A DNA stretch of 64,000 nt from Lingula anatina (Eukaryota; Animalia; Brachiopoda): assembly GCA_051362555.1 (NCBI GenBank), contig CM120641.1:15066001-15130000 (forward strand), in the 5' to 3' direction. Both the position numbers and the translations under genes were made by a program. The first letter of the stretch is position 1; each line of letters opens with the position of its first letter. Below the pieces are notes generated by a model, which was not told the DNA's origin, searched no databases, and worked only from the letters and a program-made list of their open reading frames with translations. Below, piece by piece: positions 1 through 10,426 of this stretch.

Positions 1-1800
1 AAACAGAATTTCCCACACCCTGAGCCTCCCAGACAATGGATTTGAACAATGGATACAGAATGGCATTGCACCAGCTAGAGGGGAATTTTCCACTACTAAT
101 ACAGTATTATAAAGATTTAACAACAGTGGTGATAAATGGTTGAAGCCATATTTAAACATTTCAATCACTAATCCATCAGGACCTGGAGATTTTCCATTTT
201 TCATGGTGCGTACAACATTTGATAGTTCATCCATAGTGAATGGCTCATTTAGAGTATTGCAACTATTTAAAGGCTGTATGTGCTCAAACCATTCAGTATA
301 CTGTTCGATATATGTTATGAAGCTCTTTTCGATGTCATTTACATTTTCATTTAATAACTTGTAAAAATGATTTTGCCATGCTTGTGGGCTGATATTATTC
401 TTTTTAATAGACTGAGCACTTTTCAGAGACTTTATATAATTCCACATTTCCTTTGTGGTTTTTAAAGTGTGCAATTGCTCGACTTCATTTGCAGTGTAAG
501 AGTTTTTCTTCATTTCACAAAGTGCCTTAAACTTACTCTTACATTCCTTATATTTTTTAAAATCATTTTGATTATTTGACTTCCTGAAATCATTGAGACA
601 TTTGAATTTAAGTTGTTTTAATAAATCACATTCTTGATCCCACCACCTAGGTTGATTTCTTTGAACTTTGTTTTCCCTGGCTAAGAAGAGAGTACCTGAC
701 CGTTGTAGTAGACCTTCTAACATTTGTTCAGCATTGTTCACATCATTCATCTGCAATAAGTAATTGAAATGGCCTAAACTAAAAATATTATCATTTTGTA
801 AATTACCAAGGAACCTATTTGCTTTTTTGTTGTTCCATTTGTACAGTTTGCGCTTGCATGTGCTTATTGCATTTTCGGGTTTGTTTGAAACATCCCTGCA
901 CTGGACTTGACATGAGATGGGGAAATGATCTGATATATCTAAGGATAGAACCTCAAATGTATCTACACACATGAAAAGGTCTGTATGTAACAAAATATAA
1001 TCAACAACACTGCAGCCATTGTACTTCTGACATGTGAATTCACCTCCAATATCTGGTGCAATGCGGCCATTTAACATGTGCATATTTTGACCTATACATA
1101 GCTCTATCAAAGATCTTCCAAAATTATTTTCAGTGATGTCCTTTGAAACCCTGGGCATACAAAAATCATCCCTGTCATAAATCCCCTCAAGGTCCAGATG
1201 TCGTAAGCTGTCGTCACAATAATCTGGCAAATTACCAGTTCGTGCATTTAAGTCCCCCATTAAGAAAAGTTTTAAGTCCCCATATTTTGTGAAAATTTCG
1301 AGCAGTACATTTTCTAACCTTTGAATACCATTTGTTTCATTTAAAGTGGTATACAGCACTGATCCCTCTGGGGCAATGTATAGACAACCTAGTAAAATAT
1401 CTAAATCACTATTGAAAAAGTTCCCATCCAAAATTAGAAAAACCATATCGGTATAGGTATTTATGACATTTTTAACTAACTTAAGCAAGTGATTTTTGAT
1501 AAAAATACACACTCCTCCTTTTCTTGTTAAGACCCTGGGTTTATCAAAAGAGGTGTGCAAAGCTGAGATTGTCCCGAATTCACCATCATGTTCTGCAAAA
1601 GTCTCTGTGACTCCTAAAATGTCTGATTCTAGTAGTAATTTACAGAAATCGGGGTGATTAACTTTCGATTTGAGTCCATTTGCATTATAACACGTGATAC
1701 ATAACCTGGTTATTTCACTGCCTGTAACTACACTTTCGATGCACGGAGCACATGGAGTGATTGTATCCAGTTGTCCCTTGCTGTTGTCACATACTGTCAT
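1..1800 (-). pseudogene. LINE ORF2 (APE endonuclease plus pre-RT region), frameshifted and internally deleted near the window start
   Basis: Hand translation from the ATG at 1800 gives CYNANGLKSK, DILGVTET, GGVCIFIK, LMGDLNART, NGR, SVVDY, SDHFP (APE motifs) and KSPGPDG (pre-RT). It is probably absent from the ORF track because no stop falls inside the window. A frameshift lies near 97-100. Confidence 0.85.
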
Positions 1801-1818
1801 TGGACCTTGGCCACATCC

Positions 1819-2871
1819 CTAAGGGGCTTCATGGTCTTGCTGCCACTCTTGAAAATGATTTGTCGCCTCTTGATCCATGCCTTGCTGGGAGCCCCTTATG
1901 TTAGGTGTTTCCCTGTTTGGTGGGATCTGTTGCCCTGGTCTGTCAGAGGGATATTGCCGAAAAACCTCTGTATGGTCACAATCTGGGCTCCTGTACAATT
2001 CACCATTCACATATAGTCTATCTCTCACCATGCGTGTATAGTTTCCATTTTGCCTCTCCTGTTTCATTATCGGATAGAGCAACCTTCTCCTGCTTTCGAT
2101 TTCCGGTGGGTATTGCTCTCGGATGCCAAAGACAGAGCCTCTTAGCTTGTAAGCTTGTGATTTCACCAACTCTTTGTCTGTGTTGTGTATAAATCTTGCT
2201 ACTATTGGTCTGTCTTGGCCTCTCTGATGTCTTCCGAATCTGTGAACATTTCCAAATTTTATATTCTTTTCTATACCCAATTCATAATACAGGAATTGAC
2301 GTATTTTATCTTCGGTGTCTTCAGACCTTGATTCATTTTTCAGGCCAGTAAATACCAAGTTTGACTGCATAGACCTGCATCGCAAGTCCACAAGATCTTC
2401 ATTGAGTTTAGCAAGTTGATTTCTCAGTGTCTCAGTTCTGTTTTTGACTGCCTGAAGTTCACTTTCCATATCCTGGTTTTTAAGTTCACACACATCAATT
2501 CTTGTTGAGACAAGACCGATTAGTTTATCGTAACTCTCTATTCTTTTCTCAATATAAGTCATATGAGATGTAAGGCTGTCCAGCTTTTGTAGAATGTGGT
2601 CAAGTTTCTTATTTGTGGTTTGAATACAATTTTCCTCATCAGTAGTTGTTGTCAAAGGAGTAGATGTAACAGCCTCGGGCATTGGATTGTTAGACCCACT
2701 TTTGCTTTCATTTACCTTGTTGGTAGTGCCCTTGTTGAGATGTAAAACATTCCCTGCAGCACTAATTAGGCTACTCATGAAAGAAGATGACTGAGCACTG
2801 CTGAATGAACTGTCTTCTTCCTTCCTTACATCAGAGTTTGGAGACTTCTTTCTTTTCTTACTTTTGCCCAT
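1819..2871 (-). CDS. LINE ORF1 protein (coiled coil plus RRM-like RNA-binding region), 350 aa
   Basis: Heptad-rich region (LDHILQKLDSL...LRNQLAKLNEDLVDL), then typical ORF1 motifs RSMQSNLVFTGL, VHRFG, RPIVARF, GIREQYPPEIESRRRLL and DRLYVNG. Confidence 0.88.
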   Translation of the reverse strand: MGKSKKRKKSPNSDVRKEEDSSFSSAQSSSFMSSLISAAGNVLHLNKGTTNKVNESKSGSNNPMPEAVTSTPLTTTTDEENCIQTTNKKLDHILQKLDSLTSHMTYIEKRIESYDKLIGLVSTRIDVCELKNQDMESELQAVKNRTETLRNQLAKLNEDLVDLRCRSMQSNLVFTGLKNESRSEDTEDKIRQFLYYELGIEKNIKFGNVHRFGRHQRGQDRPIVARFIHNTDKELVKSQAYKLRGSVFGIREQYPPEIESRRRLLYPIMKQERQNGNYTRMVRDRLYVNGELYRSPDCDHTEVFRQYPSDRPGQQIPPNRETPNIRGSQQGMDQEATNHFQEWQQDHEAP

Positions 2872-3416
2872 TTTAGATGTAATTAAAGACTGTTTCTAGG
2901 TCCCCTTGATTCCTGGTATAATGTTTGAGATACCAGCCAAGTATGGGTGCCAGTTTCAAAGGAAATTAAAGGCTAAAACAGCAAAAACCTGAAGACCATT
3001 TTATAGCAGCTGCCAACTCTCATTTAGGTGTCTATGATGACAGGCAGCTGTTTATATTTCAATAACACAGGTAGATTGGGTGCTCTAAATAGATTGTACC
3101 ATCATGCATGCACTTAATTGCTGGGGAGTGAATAGACCCTGTATTTTTCTTCTGTTAATAAAAATGTGACTTTTTGAACTATTAACAATTTGAACAATTT
3201 AATATGAAATCATTATTTTTATCATCATGCTGTTATCTTGGATAGCTGTTTTGATTGCTTTCTTTTCTAATTTTAATTTGGAAGCAGTCAGCTAGGATGG
3301 CTAGAATCCCACCAGTGATTTCCAAACATATACATGTACCATCAGTGTATTTAAAACTTAATTCGTCTTCTATTCCAGCTTTTATATATATATATACACA
3401 CCATCAACAGTCAGAG

Positions 3417-6400
3417 ATGTTACCTGCAATAGTAATCCATGGTGGAGCATGGGCTATCCCAGATAATCTGGCCGAGGCCAGTGTGCTAGGAGTGAAAGAA
3501 GCTGCACAGAGAGGATATGAGATTCTACAGGGAGGGGGAAGTGCCTTGGATGCTGTGGAAGCAGCTGTTATATTACTGGAAGATAACCCTGCTTTTGATG
3601 CAGGTATTCTAGCACATATTAAATATTTGATTTCCCGTTTCACATGCAGAAACAAAGTATTAATAGTGATGGATAGTATATGCTTGCCTTTGTTACAAAG
3701 TGTTACATGTCTTTCAGTGCTGTGATAGTTATGGCATTATCTAGAAAAAAGTAATGGGTCTGTCTAGCAAAAGTAATCAGTCAATATTGTTCACATTTGG
3801 TGAGAAATATTCATATTAACAAGAGATGCATGTGTATTTAGGCACTGGAGCTGTACTGAATGAAGATGGAGAAGTAGAGTTAGATGCTATGATAATGGAA
3901 GGAAAGTCTCTAGCAGCAGGTGGAGTTTGCTGTGTGAAGAACATAAAGAACCCAGTTCAACTTGCTAGACTAGTCATGAAAAATGTAATAATATTTGATT
4001 TGATGAAGAAGAGTTTATTGTAATCATATACTTATTGCTTTATGAATGTTTTAAGCTTCCATTTCATCAGTGATAAAATGAGTCATTGTTCTTTACCACA
4101 TATGATTTTATCAAAACATAACACAACACAACAGAACACAACATAATACAATATGTCTCTTATTATGTTTTTAATTTATTTTTTTATTATTTCCTGAGTG
4201 TGATTCTCACCAGGAAATATAAAATAGTTCATTTGTATAATGTAATTTTCTTGCTACAGAAAAGAAAATTGAATACAACTGTAGTACTGAAATAGGCCAC
4301 CCTAAAGTTTATCTGTAAGTTTTGTGAGTGGTGAGTTTGTTTACTGTAAGCTTCTTTAATTACCAGTCTGTGATAACCATGAGTTTATTTTTTTTTTTTT
4401 TCGCAGACTGACCATGTTCTTCTATCAGGCCAAGGTGCTAATACATTTGCTAAAAGTCAGGGAATAGAAGAGGTTCCTGTTGAAATACTGGTCACAGAAG
4501 AGAGCAAAAGAGAGTGGGAGACTTACATGCAGTTCAGAAAAACTGTAAAAGTTCTGTTTAGAGAAAGGTATGAGTTTTGAGGTTGTAAGGGTGTGATTTT
4601 TTTTCTGAGGTGATGTTTACATTCTTAAGATTAATTTTAAATTAAATTAATTTTAATTAAAGATTGGAGAAAAGTAGGTGCAATGATGGTGATATATTTT
4701 GCTTTTACTGTCCCATTTATTAAGTGCACTAATGTAGTATTTATTAAGTGCACTAATGTAGTAAGACAAAGTACTGAATCATCTTCTCACATTAAAATTA
4801 AAATCAAGTATGATAATTGAATTAAGTTTAATTCTGCATGAAGACAGAAGGGTGCCAGTATTTGGATAGTATTTGGAGTCTGGTTTCATCTTGAAATGTG
4901 GAATTGATTTTCAGACAGTCTGATCATGATACAGTAGGGGCAGTGGCAGTGGATAGCAATGGAAATGTGGCATGTGCAACTTCTACTGGTGGAATAACTG
5001 CAAAAATGGCAGGAAGAGTAGGGGACAGTCCACTCATTGGTATAATTTATAATTCATAATTTGAAAAACTATTGTTCTTTTAAAAAGAAATGTGTGATTT
5101 TATTTGAGCTTCACACATTGCCTTGATAAGACAGAGTTTGGAGTTTTTGTCCATCGTAAGGTGTCATAAATGCCACAATTTTATCATGATAGTGGTGTAG
5201 CAGTTAGGAATTTTATGTGGGATGGTACGTGTATAATGATAATGTTACACAGTATAATTGTACCACCAGCGTTAGCGCTGGCGGTACACATGGTTTCGGT
5301 CTCGTCCGGATCGTTCCGCCGGCTCCGCCGGCTCCGCCGGACGGCTACCGTTACCGCTTCTCCTCCTAGACGGTAAGGCCCCCCATACCCATCTCATGGA
5401 TTTAGGTCACCTATAATCTCAACTCGTTCCACGTAAAATTTGGGCTTTGTCGGTATTGGGGTCTGGGTGTGGCACTCATTGCAATGCACCCTTGTCTAAA
5501 AATGGCAAAATTAAATGCTAATTATCTACCCTACGGAAGGAGTTATGGGAAAAATTTCTATAGACGGCTTTCCAAAAGTCATATGTGTAGATTTCAAATA
5601 TACCCTTGGATTTGACCTTTGACCTTTACTTCAAGGTCAAATGGGCCAAAATTTTCAAAAAAATGAAATTTTTTACGAAAAAAAATTTTTTTGCCCTGTT
5701 ATTAAGACACCACACAGACTTAACCAATAATTTTATTGGAAAGTGTTACCCTTCAGGTCATCTTTCATCTCCATGAATTTGGGGTCAATCGGTGCATTTT
5801 CACGGGAGTAGCGGCCATAAGATACCGAAACTGAAAACTGTCTCTAATTCGGGAACCGTTAATGCTAGAGACCCATTCTTTTTTTGCATTTTGTAGAGCA
5901 TGTAAAGCCCAACACTGGAGGTGGTCTCGGTTTTTTTGTATTCCATACGGTTTTCGAGTTACGCTGTATCAAAAAGTACATATTGGTGGTAAAAGCAAAA
6001 TGTGCAGTACGGTAATGGATAATAAATTTTGAACTCTGGAAAAATAAAACATAAGGCTTGGCAAAGCAGACAACTTGTGTTCAAAAATGACATTATTTCA
6101 TCAAATTTGAACTTCTGAAACTTCAGAGCACCTCCTATTTCAAGAATTTTGACCAAAATGACATTTTCTTTATTTTAATTAATTTTTTCTGTACGAAATT
6201 TAAGGCACATTATGGTAACTCCAAAATTATAACATTTAGTCCCTTATATCTCCAAAACTGGCAGAGATAGGTCTATAGTTACTATTGAAAATGAATAGGA
6301 AGTCATATACTGGCAATCTATATGTGACCTTAAAATTGACCTTTGACCTACTTTTCACCATGAACTGAACTTTGCAAATTTTTCTTCCCTTTTATCTCCA

Positions 6401-9400
6401 AAACTGGCAGAGATAGGTCCATAGTTACTATTGAACTTGAATAGGAAGTCATATACTGGCAATCTATATGTGACCTTAAAATTGACCTTTGACCTACTTT
6501 TCACCATGAACTGAACTTTGCAAATTTTTCTTCCCTTTTATCTCCAAAACTGTCAGAGATAGGTCCATAGTTACTATTGAACTTGAATAGGAAGTCATAT
6601 ACTGGCAATCTAAATGTGACCTTAAAATTGACCTTTGACCTACTTTTCACCATGAACTGAACTTTGCAAATTTTGCTTTCCTTTTATCTCCAAAACTGGC
6701 TGAGATAGGTCCGTAGTTACTATTAAACTTGAATAGGAAGTCATATACTGGCAATCTAAATGTGACCTTAAAATTGACCTTTGACCTACTTTTCACCATG
6801 AACTGAACTTTGCAAATTTTGCTTCCCTTTTATCTCCAAAACTGGCAGAGATAGGTCCATAGTTACTATTGAACTTGAATAGGAAGTCATATACTGGCAA
6901 TCTATATGTGACCTTAAAATTGACCTTTGACCTACTTTTCACCATGAACTGAACTTTGCAAATTTTTCTTCCCTTTTATCTCCAAAACTGGCAGAGATAG
7001 GTCCATAGTTACTATTGAACTTGAATAGGAAGTCATATACTGGCAATCTATATGTGACCTTAAAATTGACCTTTGACCTACTTTTCACCATGAACTGAAC
7101 TTTGCAAATTTTGCTTCCGTTTTATCTCCAAAACTGGCAGAGATAGGTCCGTAGTTACTATTGAACTTGAATAGGAAGTCATATACTGGCAATCTAAATG
7201 TGACCTTAAAATTGACCTTTGACCTACTTTTCACCATGAACTGAACTTTGCAAATTTTGCTTCCCTTTTATCTCCAAAACTGGCAGAGATAGGTCCATAG
7301 TTACTATTGAACTTGAATAGGAAGTCATATACTGGCAATATAAATGTGACCTTAAAATTGACCTTTGACCTACTTTTCACCATGAACTGAACTTTGCATG
7401 TAAAGCCCAATACTGGAGGTGGTCTCGGTTTTTTTGTATTCCATACGGTTTTCGAGTTACGCTGTATCAAAAAGTACATATTGGTGGTAAAAGCAAAATG
7501 TGCAGTACGGTAATGGATAATAAATTTTGAACTCTGGAAAAATAAAACATAAGGCTTGGCAAAGCAGACAACTTGTGTTCAAAAATGACATTATTTCATC
7601 AAACTTGAACTTCTGAAACTTCAGAGCACCTCTTATTTCAAGAATTTTGACCAAAATGACATTTTCTTTATTTTAATTAATTTTTTCTGTACGAAATTTA
7701 AGGCACATTATGGTAACTCCAAAATTATAACATTTAGTCCCTTATATCTCCAAAACTGGCAGAGATAGGTCCATAGTTACTATTGAACTTGAATAGGAAG
7801 TCATATACTGGCAATATAAATGTGACCTTAAAATTGACCTTTGACCTACTTTTCACCATGAACTGTACTTTGCAAATTTTGCTTTCCTTTTATCTCCAAA
7901 ACTGTCAGAGATAGGTCCATAGTTACTATTGAACTTGAATAGGAAGTCATATACTGGCAATCTAAATGTGACCTTAAAATTGACCTTTGACCTACTTTTC
8001 ACCATGAACTGAACTTTGCAAATTTTGCTTCCCTTTTGTCTCCAAAACTGGCAGAGATAGGTCCATAGTTACTATTGAACTTGAATAGGAAGTCATATAC
8101 TGGCAATCTAAATGTGACCTTAAAATTGACCTTTGACCTACTTTTCACCATGAACTGAACTTTGCAAATTTTGCTTCCCTTTTGTCTCCAAAACTGGCAG
8201 AGATAGGTCCATAGTTACTATTGAACTTGAATAGGAAGTCATATACTGGCAATCTATATGTGACCTTAAAATTGACCTTTGACCTACTTTTCACCATGAA
8301 CTGAACTTTGCAAATTTTTCTTCCCTTTTATCTCCAAAACTGGCAGAGATAGGTCCATAGTTACTATTGAACTTGAATAGGAAGTCATATACTGGCAATC
8401 TATATGTGACCTTAAAATTGACCTTTGACCTACTTTTCACCATGAACTGAACTTTGCAAATTTTTCTTCCCTTTTATCTCCAAAACTGTCAGAGATAGGT
8501 CCATAGTTACTATTGAACTTGAATAGGAAGTCATATACTGGCAATCTAAATGTGACCTTAAAATTGACCTTTGACCTACTTTTCACCATGAACTGAACTT
8601 TGCAAATTTTGCTTCCCTTTTGTCTCCAAAACTGGCCGAGATAGGTCCATAGTTACTATTGAACTTGAATAGGAAGTCATATACTGGCAATCTAAATGTG
8701 ACCTTAAAATTGACCTTTGACCTACTTTTCACCATGAACTGAACATTGCAAATTTTGCTTCCCTTTTATCTCCAAAACTGGCAGAGATAGGTCCGTAGTT
8801 TCTATTGGACTTGAATAGGAAGTCATATACTGGCAATCTTACTGTGACCTTGAAATTGACCTTTGACCTACTTTTCACCATGAACTGAACTTTGCAAATT
8901 TTGGTTTCCTTTTATCTCCAAAACTGGCTGAGATAGGTCCGTAGTTACTATTGGACTTGAATAGGAAGTCATATACTGGCAATCTATATGTGACCTTCAA
9001 ATTGACCTTTGACCTACTTATAATCATGAACTGAACTCTGCTAATTTCTTTCTCTTTTAACTCCAAACATGGCAGAGATAGGTCCATAGTTACTATTGAA
9101 GTTGAATAGGAAGTCATATACTGGCAATTTACTGCGACCTTGAAATTGACCTTTGACCTACCTTACGATGAACTTAACTTTGATTGTACCATTTTAAGTT
9201 ATATATATTTTTTGCGTATTTTGAAAATTCTTGTTGATTGCATTTTTATAGCTTGTCAAGCATAAGACTGGTGGCTGTGTCCCTTATTTTGTGTATGTGG
9301 GGGTCTATACGAATGCGCTTGCTCCAGCTGGTGGTACAATATTCGGAGGCGGTATCGCCTCTCTGATCCTCTAGTTTGTAATACTTTTAACATCACTCAC

Positions 9401-10011
9401 ATGCTAATTGCCATGTCTTACTCCAGGCAGTGGTGGATATTGTGACAATGATGTAGGAGCTGTGTCATGTACAGGTCATGGGGAGTCCATCTTGAAGGTG
9501 TGCCTGGCCAGACACATTATTCAACTTATGGCAGACGGTAAGATACTTACTTTCACTCTTTAACAAAAGATAAAAACTGCTATGCACATGTTTTTATCAA
9601 TAAAGAGAAAATGTTTAGTTTTTATCAACTTTTTTAAGAAATTGCTTTATAATCTTTACTATTATAATTATTGCCCTTGTTGTTGTTTTATTTATTATTT
9701 TTTACTTAGTTAATTTTTTGGATATTTAGTTATTTAAAAAGAAATCATTTGAATAGTGGTTATTTAGTTGTTTTGCTTTTTGTCTCATTATTTTAGGTCA
9801 TACTGCTCAGCAAGGCGTTGAAGCAGCACTAACTTCAATGTCCAGGAAGGTGCAGGGTACCGGGGGCGCTGTTGTTGTCAGTAATAAAGGGGAACTTGGC
9901 ATGCATTTCAACACAGAGAGGATGGCATGGGCAGCCATGAGAAATGGGGACCTAAAGTGGGGTCTGAATCCTGGTGAAGAAGGAATTGGGGTTCTGGATA
10001 GTTCACAAAAA
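3417..10011 (+). CDS. ASRGL1: Isoaspartyl peptidase/L-asparaginase (Ntn hydrolase, ASRGL1-like), unit 1, 314 codons
   Basis: Exons 3417-3603, 3842-3984, 4407-4567, 4915-5039, 9427-9537, 9797-10011, all GT-AG and phase-consistent. Motifs [32 protein letters not shown]|[21 protein letters not shown] and TGHGE. Confidence 0.93.
6243..7397. repeat. Tandem array of a 146-bp monomer (about 8 copies)
   Basis: AGATAGGTCC recurs at 6411, 6557 and 6703 (period 146). The monomer contains TTGACCTTTGACCT. Confidence 0.95.
7741..9181. repeat. Second tandem array of the same 146-bp monomer (about 10 copies, diverging towards the 3' end)
   Basis: Same monomer. It is preceded by a copy of the ~350-bp unique segment (about 5898-6243, repeated at about 7396-7741, offset 1498). 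Confidence 0.95.
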
Positions 10012-10426
10012 GTGAGCAACGCAACTCCTTTAGTTTTGGTGTCAATTTTCCAAAAATATGTACATAATGTTACATTATATACAATAAATGAATATGAGAG
10101 ACTTTTTATTGTAATTTGTCTTTGTTTGTGAACAAACAGATTTTTTGTCTGCTCTTTTACTTGTTTTGGTAATCGTGCTGAAAAATCTATGCACCATTTT
10201 TATCTACTTTCAATTAAATAATTCCAACATACAAGTTATGTAATGTTAAGTATGGTCCATGCTTGCCTGTTGCACAATGGTTAGAATTATTTTCACTATA
10301 ATGGAAAATGATATAATAAACACCTGATGATCGGGCATACTCTATGGGTATATCCATGAAACTCAGAGTTGGGGTTCACACATGTCTTGTGTTATTTATT
10401 TATTTTTAATTTTCTTCAAAATCTAG

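Larger units (their letters stand above)
1..3020 (-). mobile_element. Non-LTR retrotransposon (CR1/L2-group LINE), 5' part, runs off the window start
   Basis: ORF1 (1819-2871) is followed 18 nt later by an endonuclease-bearing ORF2 starting at 1800. The 5' end near 3020 is approximate. Confidence 0.9.
5257..9377 (+). mobile_element. Non-autonomous Helentron/Helitron-like element (HINE type) in ASRGL1 intron 4
   Basis: 14-bp subterminal inverted repeats ATTGTACCACCAGC (5257-5270) and GCTGGTGGTACAAT (9327-9340). Also a 5' stem-loop, a (CCGCCGGCT)n microsatellite at 5316-5340, central tandem arrays, a 3' hairpin GAGGCG-gtat-CGCCTC (9346-9361) and a CTAGTTT end. Confidence 0.8.

Noticed and set aside
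6243-9181. Regular repeat array considered as a CRISPR array or coding repeat
   Set aside because: The monomers are 146 bp, head-to-tail, with no unique spacers and no cas genes. The short ORFs in it (5959, 7231, 7457, 8875) are by-products of the repeat.
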